From: an uncultured virus (IMG/VR IMGVR_UViG_3300035208_003294)
Taxonomy: Duplodnaviria; Heunggongvirae; Uroviricota; Caudoviricetes
Virus record (IMG/VR): IMGVR_UViG_3300035208_003294
Length of the DNA: 64,000 bases
Strand: one strand, 5' to 3'
The position numbers and the translations under genes are program-made. Numbering within the stretch: the stretch's first letter is position 1; each line of letters starts with the position of its first letter. This document shows, piece after piece, positions 10,136 to 20,208 of this stretch. Under the pieces are notes generated by a model, which was given only the letters and a program-made list of their open reading frames with translations, was not told the origin of the DNA and did not search any database.

Positions 10136-11011
10136 TTACATCTTGTTCGCCAGGAGATTGCTTCTCTTAGCTACGAAGTCTTCCTTCCGCACCAGCTTCA
10201 CGCCCTTGAGCTTGGCCATGAACTCCGTAAGTCCGTTCTGGTCGAACTTGATGCAGAGCACGTCCTTCATGCTCCTGTCCGGGAGCGGGTCTATTCCTGC
10301 TGATTGGAGCGCAGTAACCAGTTCAGGGACTGCGTCGAACAGAACATCGACTTTCTCGTCCTGATAGAATGGTGCCAAGTCTAGGGGTGCGATGTGAAAA
10401 TCTACCTGGACATTGACTATCTCTGCCATTGGAGCCATAGGTGGCGCTGATTGGATGGGGGTGGACTTCACTACTGTTTTAGCTGGTGCCTCGGTCTTCG
10501 CTGGCGTAGCCTTCTTTGCCTCGGGTTTCTTAGGGTACTTGCTCTGATACGCCGGAGTGGGTTGTTCTTCTTCGGGCTCTTCTATTGCCTCGTCCGTGGC
10601 TTCCTCCGTAGCGGGTTCCTCTTTGGGCATCGGGAAATACGTTAGTATGGTTTCCCTTGGTTCTTTCTGGCTATCGCCTTTCTGTTTAGGAAAGCCCCAA
10701 AGGATGAGTATCTCTGTGCCGAAGAACTCGTTGATCTTTATCTCCTCGTTATTGCCCCTGCTTGGCTGACCTGTTAAGGCATTGATTAATGAACGAGTCA
10801 TCGAGTGATGCCCCTGGACATACGTGCCTTTCCTCTTGGATTCCTTGAACCACTTTGATACCGGCCTGTCTACTCCTTCGACGTCGAAGTCGAGTACCGC
10901 CTGTGGAAACTCGGTTTGAGAAGTCTTTTCTATTCGTCTTCCGCTGATGAGCGTAGCCCTTCGTATCTCTCCGTTCTCATATGCCCTGAAAATCATATCT
11001 TCCTGTGCCAT
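10136..11011 (-). CDS. Hypothetical protein, possibly a phage-type OB-fold ssDNA-binding N-domain plus acidic/Pro-Lys linker
   Basis: Beta-rich N-terminus ending ...SLINALTG...EFFGTEILI; low-complexity linker; CDS solid, function weak. Confidence 0.6.
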   Translation of the reverse strand: MAQEDMIFRAYENGEIRRATLISGRRIEKTSQTEFPQAVLDFDVEGVDRPVSKWFKESKRKGTYVQGHHSMTRSLINALTGQPSRGNNEEIKINEFFGTEILILWGFPKQKGDSQKEPRETILTYFPMPKEEPATEEATDEAIEEPEEEQPTPAYQSKYPKKPEAKKATPAKTEAPAKTVVKSTPIQSAPPMAPMAEIVNVQVDFHIAPLDLAPFYQDEKVDVLFDAVPELVTALQSAGIDPLPDRSMKDVLCIKFDQNGLTEFMAKLKGVKLVRKEDFVAKRSNLLANKM

Positions 11012-11014
11012 TTT

Positions 11015-11200
11015 TCAACCGTAGAAATTCCTTAATTTTGTTATTATTATATCTCGATCTCCAGGAGATAAAAATTCCCAGAATCTATATTCTACTTGGA
11101 AGATGACCTCATCACCAGTCTTGATGAGTATCTTATCTCTGGAGTCAATAAGGCTTCGTTCTATACTTATTGGATTCCCTAACTTGTCTTCGTCTTCCAT
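11015..11200 (-). CDS. Small hypothetical protein
   Basis: AAAATG start, tight packing. Confidence 0.6.
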   Translation of the reverse strand: MEDEDKLGNPISIERSLIDSRDKILIKTGDEVIFQVEYRFWEFLSPGDRDIIITKLRNFYG

Positions 11201-11201
11201 T

Positions 11202-11462
11202 TTATTTCTTTGGTAAACTCATGTTCTCCTTTGCTTTGCGCTCGGATTTGATAGTATCTCTAAGCCAATACTCAAAAGGACTCAATGCCGCCTGGAAGAT
11301 GATCTCTTCCTTCCTTGTTGGTGGCTCTCCTGCAAGGACAGTAGCCCATAGCTCGTCGGCATACCGTAAGTAGCCTATCATGTAGTCGTCGTATTGTTCC
11401 TTTGTTATCGGCTCGTTCCCCGAGCTAAAGGGGGAAGTCCATTTCACTATTGGTGATGTCAT
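11202..11462 (-). CDS. Hypothetical protein
   Basis: AAAATG start, tight packing. Confidence 0.65.
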   Translation of the reverse strand: MTSPIVKWTSPFSSGNEPITKEQYDDYMIGYLRYADELWATVLAGEPPTRKEEIIFQAALSPFEYWLRDTIKSERKAKENMSLPKK

Positions 11463-11469
11463 TTTATAT

Positions 11470-11823
11470 CTACTCCCTGGAGATAATCGATTGCAGTTCG
11501 TTTAAGAACTCTTCCGGTTCCATGGTAATGAATTGATTCATTCCTCCCGTAAAGTCTGTATAGCTGGTTGCAGTTCTGATGAGCATCTTGCTTTTGGACC
11601 ATCTAACGTCAGAGATAGAGAAATACCAGATGCGATCCTTTCTATCCTTGAAGAATCCAGAGATATAGAAGTGGCCCCTGTTAAATTTCGGGTCCTTGCA
11701 TCCGAGGACCTTCAATTCCTTCTTGAACTCTGACGTGAACTTGTTGTAGAAGTTCCTGAACTGTTCCGTTTCACTACACGACGATTGGAACGTCGTGCTC
11801 TTTAATAACTCAAGGGATTTCAT
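11470..11823 (-). CDS. Conserved viral hypothetical protein
   Basis: GHFYISGFF...YFSISDVRW...LIRTA...DFTGG.N pattern familiar from phage hypotheticals. Confidence 0.75.
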   Translation of the reverse strand: MKSLELLKSTTFQSSCSETEQFRNFYNKFTSEFKKELKVLGCKDPKFNRGHFYISGFFKDRKDRIWYFSISDVRWSKSKMLIRTATSYTDFTGGMNQFITMEPEEFLNELQSIISRE

Positions 11824-11831
11824 TTTTTAGA

Positions 11832-12248
11832 TTAAAATGTTGTATCGTTATATATTGGCACGCTTCCAAAATTCTTAAAACCGTTCATGAAAAATAGACC
11901 GCAGTGTCCAAACCCATCGCTTGTATTGACGTTTATTTCAGACGGAATAATTATATTTATTGATAGAGCCCCATAAAGCGGAAGAGTTTTAAAATCTTTC
12001 GTTGCTACATAGAAATCTCTGTCTAGTGGTCTATCATAATAATGTTGTGGCATCCCTCCCTTTTTTATGTAACCCTTTAACCATGCAATGTAGTCGGAAG
12101 GAAATGCTTTTCTTAATTTTGGTGCTAGTTCTGATCTGAACAATTCTCTTAACAATTCGTGATCCATTCCCCATAATGCTAAATTTCTTTTGAACTCTAT
12201 ATCATCCTGTTTTGTTTTGGTGATAAATTGTGCTATTATTTTGTTCAT
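11832..12248 (-). CDS. Hypothetical protein (AT-rich)
   Basis: AAAATG start, 138 aa. Confidence 0.7.
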   Translation of the reverse strand: MNKIIAQFITKTKQDDIEFKRNLALWGMDHELLRELFRSELAPKLRKAFPSDYIAWLKGYIKKGGMPQHYYDRPLDRDFYVATKDFKTLPLYGALSINIIIPSEINVNTSDGFGHCGLFFMNGFKNFGSVPIYNDTTF

Positions 12249-12444
12249 TTTAGATTAATTGATTATTTATTTCATCCATCACTTCTTTATGGATTCAACT
12301 ATGCGTTTCCATTAAGTTTCAGCTTCGGGCCTGTGAGAGACGGATACCAGTCAGAACTGAATTCTCTATGAAAGGTATGATCCGCCGGATTGGTAGAGCG
12401 GAAAACACCCACACACCCCTATATACTGCTCAAGGAAACAAGTT

Positions 12445-12654
12445 TCATCTTGAGTTTATCTCTGCTTTTACAATTCTTAGAAGTTCTTCTCCCAAAGTAA
12501 ATGAACATTTTCCATAGTCCTTGCTCCACATACCGCAGGAATCCCTTAGACAATACATTGTCATATCCGGAGTCATTCCAATTGGACAGAATACGTCCGG
12601 TGCTTCCCTTGGGGGATCCTCTGGTTTAGCTCCCCTGGCATCTAGTTTTTCCAT
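12445..12654 (-). CDS. Small Cys-rich protein
   Basis: CP...C...CGMW.....C. Confidence 0.65.
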   Translation of the reverse strand: MEKLDARGAKPEDPPREAPDVFCPIGMTPDMTMYCLRDSCGMWSKDYGKCSFTLGEELLRIVKAEINSR

Positions 12655-12655
12655 T

Positions 12656-13492
12656 TTATTTCGATTCTATTTTATAGTAGCGATTGATGATCATTCCTTC
12701 ACCTTTGATGTATGGAAGAACCAATTTACGGGTGCCTCGAAGATTCTTATAGAACGCTGAATTGAAATGCCTCCAGTGTCCGCGTACCCAATAGGCATGG
12801 CCCAATGGTTGACTTAGATGTCCTGAAGCCTTCATGGCGTTGACGTATTTCTTCAATGTTCCCTTGATGAGAATCCTCACTCCGCTAGGCATCGGGAATT
12901 TTCCTTGTCTGATTCTGCGTTCCCTGTTCTTCTCCGATCGTTTGACTTCAAGAATCTCTACGTCCGGCTGGTCAAGGAAGAACTGCAGGTTCGTGAGGAA
13001 CTTCATCAGGAATTTATAGCCAACGCTTTTCTTTTCGTCATTCAGAGCGTAGCTTGTAAGCATTACTTCTTTCTTTTCTAAATCCTCTACTGTTGCTATT
13101 ATCAGGATGGTCTTCTCAATATCCTCTGCCCATTCCTGTGACATATCGATATTGCTTACCTTTGCTGCTTCCAGTGCCTGATCTACTGTTAATCGTTTAA
13201 CGACTAAACCTCTACAGGTTCCGTCCGGGAAACCTTCTTCTTTAGTAAATGAAACATCCAAGAACATTTCATTAAAAGGAAGAATGAGCTCTCCAGGAGA
13301 AAGGACATCTGGTGGATCAGTTAATAGAAGCAGCTTCTTTGAAGCATCGTCTATCTCAAAAATCTTGAAATCCCTGACGAGTCCGCCTACAAGATGATAG
13401 CCCAATGCTCTATCGTTTTCTGTTTCTCCTTTCTGATTGAGCATATATGCCGTAGTTACAAAGGACTCAAAATTGGTTGGCATAAGAATCAA
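12656..13492 (-). CDS. Viral hypothetical protein with C-terminal HxxxVRGHWR motif
   Basis: HAYWVRGHWRHF...PYIKG, a recurrent phage motif. Confidence 0.75.
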   Translation of the reverse strand: MILMPTNFESFVTTAYMLNQKGETENDRALGYHLVGGLVRDFKIFEIDDASKKLLLLTDPPDVLSPGELILPFNEMFLDVSFTKEEGFPDGTCRGLVVKRLTVDQALEAAKVSNIDMSQEWAEDIEKTILIIATVEDLEKKEVMLTSYALNDEKKSVGYKFLMKFLTNLQFFLDQPDVEILEVKRSEKNRERRIRQGKFPMPSGVRILIKGTLKKYVNAMKASGHLSQPLGHAYWVRGHWRHFNSAFYKNLRGTRKLVLPYIKGEGMIINRYYKIESK

Positions 13493-13881
13493 GCCTTTGA
13501 AGATTTCGATTTCTTCTTTGTTGTTTTAACTTCAAACGATTCGTCCAAGACCGGTTTCCCGTTGATTATTTTATATACTCCGGGTTTCAAATCACTTGTA
13601 AGTGTGGCAATTATTTGATCTCCCGGGTTTCCAGTTGCTTTTAAAGTTATTGTTTTATCCTGATCCTTATTTAACTTCTTTCTTTGAATCCATTCTGGAT
13701 TTACTTTTTCAACATTTATATCTCCAAACGCGGTTGTAGCTGACGATGTATTTTCTATAGTGTCTGTTCGTGTATAAGTGTCTAACTTAAATGAAATTTC
13801 CACGTCCAGATACGCACGTATCGCTTCGATGTCATCCTTTATCTTCCGTATCCTTTCCAGCTCATGTATGTAGTCTTTCAT
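13489..13881 (-). CDS. Hypothetical protein
   Basis: AAAATG start, coupled. Confidence 0.7.
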   Translation of the reverse strand: MKDYIHELERIRKIKDDIEAIRAYLDVEISFKLDTYTRTDTIENTSSATTAFGDINVEKVNPEWIQRKKLNKDQDKTITLKATGNPGDQIIATLTSDLKPGVYKIINGKPVLDESFEVKTTKKKSKSSKA

Positions 13882-13887
13882 TTTTAT

Positions 13888-14073
13888 TTATTTAAAAAAA
13901 GCTCTGATTATATATTCTCCTGGTTTTGTTGGAGTGAATGAGAAACAACCATGTTTATTGATCACTCCGCTAGAAACCTTAAATTCTGCGTTGTCTTCTT
14001 TAAGATAAACACTTACGTGCGTGCCTTCTAAAGACGATTTGGTGCAATTACTTTCTTTATTCTTGTCTTTCAT
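13888..14073 (-). CDS. Small beta-rich hypothetical protein
   Basis: ATGA overlap; FSFTPTKPGEYII. Confidence 0.55.
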   Translation of the reverse strand: MKDKNKESNCTKSSLEGTHVSVYLKEDNAEFKVSSGVINKHGCFSFTPTKPGEYIIRAFFK

Positions 14074-14444
14074 TTGTTCACCTTCTTCCAGTCTGGAAGC
14101 ACTACGAATCTGCGTTGCTTCTTTGTGGAATAATATTCTATCAGCTTTAATAAATTAAAGCTCTCGACAATCGACTGCGAGCCTTCGAGGATTTCGTTGA
14201 ATTCCTTGTCGAGTTGCTCTTTGGAATGCGTCTTGGAACGGATGCAGTCTACGTCCGTAGCCACTTCGAACCTCATGCCTTCTCCATTAAGGGCCACATC
14301 GTTGAGCTTTAACGAAGGGGCTCCTTCGAGGAAGAGCTTAATCGCTTCTCTCATCAGGAAGAACTCATCCTCTACCTGCTTTTTTAGTAGTGGAGTTGTC
14401 ATTGCAACAAGACGCGGTTTGTAGTTCGAACTGTATATTATCAA
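14070..14444 (-). CDS. Hypothetical protein (start uncertain)
   Basis: ORF within the operon. Confidence 0.6.
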   Translation of the reverse strand: MIIYSSNYKPRLVAMTTPLLKKQVEDEFFLMREAIKLFLEGAPSLKLNDVALNGEGMRFEVATDVDCIRSKTHSKEQLDKEFNEILEGSQSIVESFNLLKLIEYYSTKKQRRFVVLPDWKKVNK

Positions 14445-14604
14445 GACCTTCCTCTGTAGCCTCTATGAAGGAATCCAGCAATCCGACTACATTCAAGATT
14501 TCTTCTTTGAGGCCATCACCCATGTCCTCGTCATAGGTAGCGATGTCATTCAGTGACTTCCTTTGTTTTATCAATTGAGGAATATCTATGTAGTGCTTTG
14601 ACAT
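14365..14604 (-). CDS. Hypothetical protein
   Basis: TAAAATG junction. Confidence 0.55.
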   Translation of the reverse strand: MSKHYIDIPQLIKQRKSLNDIATYDEDMGDGLKEEILNVVGLLDSFIEATEEGLDNIQFELQTASCCNDNSTTKKAGRG

Positions 14605-14605
14605 T

Positions 14606-14902
14606 TTATTCCTGAACTAAGATCACACCTCCCGTATGTATATTGAGGATGCGTTTATTTTGTTCCATTATCTTTTCCTTTGAAATCCTGTAGCCTTTCA
14701 ATGCCTGGAGATTCTCGGCCTCTATTTCCCTGCGCCTGCTTGGTTCCATTGAACCCCCACTTTGTTTCATTGAAGGCTCCACTGGTAGGGAACGCAAGGG
14801 AATTAATACTACGGCTTCGTAGTAATGGATTCCTGCATGGTCTACTATCCTGGAGTTCGTGGAGACTATCTCTCCTCTAAATTCATTGTAATGTTTTTGC
14901 AT
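14606..14902 (-). CDS. Hypothetical protein
   Basis: AAAATG start. Confidence 0.6.
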   Translation of the reverse strand: MQKHYNEFRGEIVSTNSRIVDHAGIHYYEAVVLIPLRSLPVEPSMKQSGGSMEPSRRREIEAENLQALKGYRISKEKIMEQNKRILNIHTGGVILVQE

Positions 14903-15087
14903 TTTATTTCTATTTCTTTAACTGATTCCCACGAAAGCTTTTCATTTAAGATTACAATTTCTCCCGCTATAAACGCTAGAAACCCATTTGTGAATTGACC
15001 TTCTATAAAGAAGAAAATTGATAATAACTCAAGAGCTAGTGGAGTATACGCTCTAGCCCAATCCGCAAGTAATTTGGGTAGTTTCAT
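14866..15087 (-). CDS. Small membrane protein
   Basis: Two hydrophobic stretches; ATGA overlap. Confidence 0.55.
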   Translation of the reverse strand: MKLPKLLADWARAYTPLALELLSIFFFIEGQFTNGFLAFIAGEIVILNEKLSWESVKEIEIKCKNITMNLEER

Positions 15088-16208
15088 TGGTCACAGTTCC
15101 CGACGTCCACGTCCTCTGCCTTGACCATGGTGAAGTCCTTCATCATTATCTTGTAGCCGATCTTCTCCATCTTTATCTGGCCCGCTATCGGGAAGCTCTT
15201 CGCTAAGTCCGTGACCGCGTTGCTTAAGCCCCAACGGGTGTCGTCCTTCTGTTCGATGAACTTGTTGAGAATTGAATCCCTCAACTGTTCAGAGAACTTA
15301 AAGGACGCGGAAACGTCGTTGACGTACTGGACTGGATTCTCTATCCTTTCATCCGCTGATCTCCTGGCATCATCGGCGTACTTGGCCAATAGGTCGCCGT
15401 TGAATATCTTAGAGATAATGTCTCTTACTTTCTTGTGGACCAGCTCGGACTCGCTTAACAAAGTGTCCTCTGAATACAAACCTTCTGCCTTATCACTGCC
15501 TAGATGTATCTCTCTGAAAGCCCCTTGACTGATAGCTCCGTTCGCGCACCAGAGACGCCAGTATAATGGCTCTATGGATAACGCTCCTGACCCTACCTCG
15601 CTGTTCTTTATCAGGATTCCCTGCTGGACAACGTCTCCTACCCTTACCTCCTGCGTAAGCCTTGGAGTGGTAGCCTTCAGGTAGATGTTCGTATCGTTGA
15701 TAAAAGCTTGCTGTATCTTGGCATCGTATTCTACGAGCTTCTCCATGGCCATGACCAAGGTATCGGCATTATCCAAAGCCCTGAAACGGCTTGAGACCAC
15801 GCCACGAATACGTCCGTCCAATGTCCGGAACAACTGCTTTCTCTTATTGACGCCTGTGACATTGCCCTGGCTGTCGTTGATAACTCCGTTGCTCCTTGGG
15901 AAGTACCTGTCTACGTTCTGCTTGAGCAGATCAGTAGCTCCGTCCTGGAGCATTCTATTATAGTACACCCTTGGTATCTTTGAAACTCCTGAGACTTGGG
16001 TATGCGCCCAATCCGTTAGGGGGAGCTGCCCAAGTTCGGGGAAGGAGAAAGTAAGCTCTCTGGAAGATGTCACCTTATCATCTAACCCTTTCTTATCCAC
16101 GTTCATCGTGCTTACCTGAATACAGGAAGCGTCAACGATGATATCCTTCTTGAACTCCTTGGCGTGATTAGCCGAATCAATCACGCTCTTCAAATCCATT
16201 GTTTGCAT
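15084..16208 (-). CDS. DUF932/DUF945-like protein
   Basis: RTLDGRIRGVVSSRFRALDN, GILIKNSEVGSGA, RLWCANG, RWGLSNAVT. Confidence 0.85.
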   Translation of the reverse strand: MQTMDLKSVIDSANHAKEFKKDIIVDASCIQVSTMNVDKKGLDDKVTSSRELTFSFPELGQLPLTDWAHTQVSGVSKIPRVYYNRMLQDGATDLLKQNVDRYFPRSNGVINDSQGNVTGVNKRKQLFRTLDGRIRGVVSSRFRALDNADTLVMAMEKLVEYDAKIQQAFINDTNIYLKATTPRLTQEVRVGDVVQQGILIKNSEVGSGALSIEPLYWRLWCANGAISQGAFREIHLGSDKAEGLYSEDTLLSESELVHKKVRDIISKIFNGDLLAKYADDARRSADERIENPVQYVNDVSASFKFSEQLRDSILNKFIEQKDDTRWGLSNAVTDLAKSFPIAGQIKMEKIGYKIMMKDFTMVKAEDVDVGNCDQ

Positions 16209-16210
16209 TT

Positions 16211-16456
16211 TTAATTTGTTTTAAAATCGTTACACTCCATACTCAGAGCGGCCAATTTACTAGCGAAGTTCACTATGTCTCTATAAGACTGAATGGTGAA
16301 TCTATGTCCAGCAAGATGTGTGCTTATTCTTATTACAAGTTCACCCCGCTCTTGGAAGTATAATTCAATATTCCCAAGAAACTCTAAGATGCCCTTGTCA
16401 TTATCGATAAAGCCGACGCATAGGAATTCATCCATTCGAAAAATCGATCCTCTCAT
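16211..16456 (-). CDS. Hypothetical protein
   Basis: Coupled ORF. Confidence 0.55.
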   Translation of the reverse strand: MRGSIFRMDEFLCVGFIDNDKGILEFLGNIELYFQERGELVIRISTHLAGHRFTIQSYRDIVNFASKLAALSMECNDFKTN

Positions 16457-16722
16457 CTTAGCTCACTCCTTATTTCATCCATCCATTCCTTCGCATTCAT
16501 CAAGGGACTCATCCCAAACAAGCAGATGTACAACGTGGAGTAGCTGGACTTGATAGTGTCTTCGACTTCCTTCCTGTCCTTGAAGTCATTGAGTCCGAAT
16601 CCGAATTCCCGGGCGAACTTCTTCTGCCCGGGCAGATCCGTGTAATTATGACTTCTCCAGTTCTGGTAATTGGACTGGATGGCTTCCTTGAGCTTGAGCA
16701 TGTACTCTCTTGAGGTTTCCAT
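16453..16722 (-). CDS. Hypothetical protein
   Basis: Coupled ORF. Confidence 0.65.
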   Translation of the reverse strand: METSREYMLKLKEAIQSNYQNWRSHNYTDLPGQKKFAREFGFGLNDFKDRKEVEDTIKSSYSTLYICLFGMSPLMNAKEWMDEIRSELR

Positions 16723-16723
16723 C

Positions 16724-17155
16724 TTAAAGATCAGGATTGACCAAGCTTACTATTTCCTGGAAATCCTTTATGTTGTCGGCCCTGTAATCGAATTGGAAGA
16801 CATGCCATCTGTCCTTGATTCTCTTCGAGAACGAGCAGTCCGCCGACTTAATCTCCTTTAAGGTGTTGAGCATGTCGATTACTGCATCATCCTTTTCGGT
16901 CAGGCAGATGTAGCCCTCAAGGTGAAGATTCGGTTTGACTCTCGCTATCAGCATATACTTGCCTCTCGTTGCCTGTATCTGCGAAGCGGTTGATTCCTCA
17001 ACGTTCCACTCGTTGAACTTCAGGACATTCACATACGTCCGTAAGGTCTTGGCGATGGCTTCGCTATGGGAGCCAAGAGAATCCTGCCACTTCTTTGTCT
17101 TGGTCAGCCATTCCTTGAACTCCTTAATGAGTTGCTGCGGATCCTCTTCTGCCAT
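16724..17155 (-). CDS. Hypothetical protein directly downstream of the Ubl candidate
   Basis: Coupled ORF, 143 aa. Confidence 0.7.
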   Translation of the reverse strand: MAEEDPQQLIKEFKEWLTKTKKWQDSLGSHSEAIAKTLRTYVNVLKFNEWNVEESTASQIQATRGKYMLIARVKPNLHLEGYICLTEKDDAVIDMLNTLKEIKSADCSFSKRIKDRWHVFQFDYRADNIKDFQEIVSLVNPDL

Positions 17156-17158
17156 AGT

Positions 17159-17719
17159 CTACCCTCCTTTGACCTTGCCAGTGACTGCTGCGGTCTTGAT
17201 ATCCTCTTCCTTTATCTGGCCCTCAATGACTGCCCCGCCTCCGCCGATGTTCTGCAGGAAGTCCGGAAGCTCTGCTCCTTTAGGCGCTTCTGCCTTTGGC
17301 GTTTCCTTTGGAACCTCTGCGTGTTTGCTTGGGGCCTCGGTGCATTTGAATACTCCGTTGCCTTCCTCGTATATCACGCCTTTGGCCTTCAGGTCCTTTA
17401 TCGCTTCGTCTACGTCTGATCTCTTGACATTGACCATATCTGCAAGGTCGTAGAGAGTGTCGAGCATGATAGCGCCTGCCTTGCTGGATGCGCATCTGGA
17501 TTCGATGATGGTAAGCACCTGTATCTTCTTGTCCTTCGGGGCAGTAGATACTATCTTATCCAGGTCGCTTGTCTTGTTCATTATCGCGCTCCCTTTGTCT
17601 GTGGCTACTGTCACGAAATTCTCTCCTCCTCCGAGGAATCCTGCCAATGCTTCCTTTGCCATGTCCTTTGGGACATCCTTCTCGTCGTGGCCGTTGGACG
17701 ACTCTATGTATGCTTTCAT
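17159..17719 (-). CDS. Putative ubiquitin-like protein ending in Gly-Gly, with an internal winged-helix-like segment
   Basis: N-terminal MKAYIESSNGHDEKDV beta-hairpin and helix; C-terminus ...AAVTGKVKGG-stop; internal DVDEAIKDLKAKGVIYEEGNGVFK wHTH-like; ThiF gene 1.2 kb away. Confidence 0.55.
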   Translation of the reverse strand: MKAYIESSNGHDEKDVPKDMAKEALAGFLGGGENFVTVATDKGSAIMNKTSDLDKIVSTAPKDKKIQVLTIIESRCASSKAGAIMLDTLYDLADMVNVKRSDVDEAIKDLKAKGVIYEEGNGVFKCTEAPSKHAEVPKETPKAEAPKGAELPDFLQNIGGGGAVIEGQIKEEDIKTAAVTGKVKGG

Positions 17720-17949
17720 TTTTTGTTATTTAACACGATAGTAAAACTATTTTTACAACGTGGACAAGTACAAGTAGTTATTAATTTTGATCTTCCCATA
17801 GATTCTTCCTCTACCTTTCTGACCTCATACCACGCAATTGATTGCTTCATATGGAAGAGTTCATCTTTCAATGAGTTTAGTTCGGTAGATGTTCTAACAA
17901 ATTCCGATAGTTTACATAACCCCAATCTTTTAAGAATGTTTTCTTTCAT
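17716..17949 (-). CDS. Small hypothetical protein with CxCPxC
   Basis: Coupled ORF. Confidence 0.6.
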   Translation of the reverse strand: MKENILKRLGLCKLSEFVRTSTELNSLKDELFHMKQSIAWYEVRKVEEESMGRSKLITTCTCPRCKNSFTIVLNNKK

Positions 17950-18121
17950 TTTAAAATCGATATTCGATAATTAAAGATTGTCAATCCTTTGGTTATTTCA
18001 TATCTCTCGGAGAATAATAAAGGTAGCTTCTTGAGGCTGCGGATATGGATGCCTGTTCCAAGGAACCTGATCCAGAAACACCTATTCTGCCAATTAAAAT
18101 AGATGTTCTTGATGCGAGCTT

Positions 18122-18634
18122 TCATATTATGATCCTCACCTTATCGCCCTTGATGAGATTACAAATACTGACTTCGTTCATTGCATTCTTGAAGATTGGT
18201 TCCTCTGAATCGAAGCCGACAACTGCCGCGTTATAGAAATCTATTCCTTGGTAGATGTTGGTGATTCTGCCGTTCTTACCTATATATAATTCTGCGTCAT
18301 CTGCTTCTTCATCTGAAACACAAGCAACAATCTTGACTCGCTTCCCTTTCAGGAATTCAGCGTTCTCCTTGTTTATCTCGTATGTGAGATCGTCATCTGT
18401 CTTCTTATGGAATAGGAATGCTTGAAACTTGAAATCCTTTCCTGGCTCGCTGACCTCCGCTACTCCGTCATCGAATCCTGTTATTTCGAGTCTGGTAACT
18501 TTACCGAACTTATGGTTGTTCAATCCTCCATAGACGTTGATGATGAAGGATAAGTCCTGTTCCTTATCGGTTATCTCTATGTGATAACCCCTGTCGATCT
18601 TCCTGATGGAAGGTCTGTAGATTGGATTGATCAT
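18122..18634 (-). CDS. Hypothetical protein
   Basis: TAAAATG junction, 170 aa. Confidence 0.7.
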   Translation of the reverse strand: MINPIYRPSIRKIDRGYHIEITDKEQDLSFIINVYGGLNNHKFGKVTRLEITGFDDGVAEVSEPGKDFKFQAFLFHKKTDDDLTYEINKENAEFLKGKRVKIVACVSDEEADDAELYIGKNGRITNIYQGIDFYNAAVVGFDSEEPIFKNAMNEVSICNLIKGDKVRIII

Positions 18635-18908
18635 TTTATCTGTCGCATGTGTATGAGAACTTGCATTTAGGGCACTTGTACTGCTTGATAATCATAGTGT
18701 CCAAGTCGATGCGTTTCATCCTTGCTCCGCACTTCTTGCATTTCATTTTGTTATTCCATTCAAAAGACAAAAGATAACTATTGCAAGGATAATTCCGGCC
18801 AATATGTAGTCTAGTGGAAATCCTTTTTGTCGCTCTTCGAAAACTGGATCTTCTCTGTCTGGTATCCATCCAGATACAACTACTTTTTCTCCATTGGTTT
18901 TTGCCATT

Positions 18909-19520
18909 TTAAATCGTTATAGACTGTATCTTGCCGTCTATTTTCTCACCTCTAAGAAAATCAACTATCAGTTGCGATCCTATCAGGGCGATTAACCTGT
19001 TGCCCTTCTGGATACGCCCGGACCTCTTATCCTCTTCGAGCTGGCATGAGCCGTGCTCCCTGTCATTAGGGTTCAAGTATGCGAGATTTTCTATGAGATT
19101 CCTGCCCTTAGTACAGTAGAAAACCTTTCTGCCCTCGCATCTGAGGTCTATGAAAGGCACATCTTGAGCCCAGCACTTGCGAATTATGATCTCCCTTACA
19201 GGATGGTTGTCTACGCACATCACTACAAGGTCATAACCCTTATCCCTTAACTTGGTTGACTTTTCGAAAACTCGTGTGATATCGTTTGCTTCTATGTTAC
19301 CCATTCTCAATTTAAGGGATAACATTTCAGCTTTGGTTTCTCCGGAATCTTTTATATCAAACCACTGATACATGGTCTGTTCGGGAGATATCGTATCAAA
19401 GTCTTGGATGGTTATCGCCAGCTCCTTCGGCGATATCATCTTCTGTTCCACGTCGAATATCAGCTCCCTGCACAGATGGCTTCCGATGCCTCCGGCCCCG
19501 ACGATAAGTATGTGTTTCAT
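18909..19520 (-). CDS. ThiF/MoeB/E1-family adenylyltransferase
   Basis: ILIVGAGGIGS, DFD.I, KAE, VVMCVDN...R, IDLR; GSCQ candidate catalytic Cys; no CxxC Zn pairs. Confidence 0.9.
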   Translation of the reverse strand: MKHILIVGAGGIGSHLCRELIFDVEQKMISPKELAITIQDFDTISPEQTMYQWFDIKDSGETKAEMLSLKLRMGNIEANDITRVFEKSTKLRDKGYDLVVMCVDNHPVREIIIRKCWAQDVPFIDLRCEGRKVFYCTKGRNLIENLAYLNPNDREHGSCQLEEDKRSGRIQKGNRLIALIGSQLIVDFLRGEKIDGKIQSITI

Positions 19521-19975
19521 TGTAATTTGATACTTCTTCCTTTTTGTATTATGCGAGGATCGTTGGGGTCTACTTCGACAACTCTGCCAAAATATTGTTG
19601 CTTATCTGGATTGACTTTTTTCCACAACCCCTTATGATCTGGTGCAACGAAGTCTCCAGTATCTAGTGGTGGATTAAGTTCATGTAACTGAAAAAAAGCT
19701 GTAACTGTTTCATTGATTGTCAAATATGCAATTACTTGCACTGATTTATCGTGCCAAATGAGTTCTGAATCGTATTCTGGATGTCCATGTATTGCCATCA
19801 TATCCTCAAAAGAATTCCAGAAAGACGTACTCTTTTTCTCAGTGCACCATCTGATAGCACAGGTTCCATCTGTGAATACGACTCCCTCGAATTGTGGTTC
19901 TTCAGGTGGATTGACTTGATTGCTGTTATGTGTTTTACTTAGATCTCCCTTACGGTACATTGTAAATCTTTTCAT
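19517..19975 (-). CDS. Conserved viral hypothetical protein
   Basis: FEGVVFTDGTCAIRW...IHGH motif. Confidence 0.7.
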   Translation of the reverse strand: MKRFTMYRKGDLSKTHNSNQVNPPEEPQFEGVVFTDGTCAIRWCTEKKSTSFWNSFEDMMAIHGHPEYDSELIWHDKSVQVIAYLTINETVTAFFQLHELNPPLDTGDFVAPDHKGLWKKVNPDKQQYFGRVVEVDPNDPRIIQKGRSIKLQ

Positions 19976-20208
19976 TTTTTGAAAATATTTTCGATAATTA
20001 AAATTATCATGCCACTTGTAAGATAGGCCATACTAAAGGAGAATGCAATTAACGCACATAACAAAACTCCATTTGTTGGCAAGGGATTTTGTTCTAAAGT
20101 AATTATCCATTGAATAATGAACAATATTAAAGTTAGATACATCTGGAGTTCTTGTTTCATTTTATATTCCACCATCCTCTGACTTCTTTCTCGTTGATTA
20201 CTGAACAA
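19972..20208 (-). CDS. Small 2-TM membrane protein (start probably 20160)
   Basis: Two hydrophobic helices. Confidence 0.55.
   Translation of the reverse strand: MFSNQRERSQRMVEYKMKQELQMYLTLILFIIQWIITLEQNPLPTNGVLLCALIAFSFSMAYLTSGMIILIIENIFKK

Noticed and set aside
12310..12420. tRNA suggested by GCCGGATTGGTAGAGCGG
   Set aside because: No T arm or acceptor stem could be assembled
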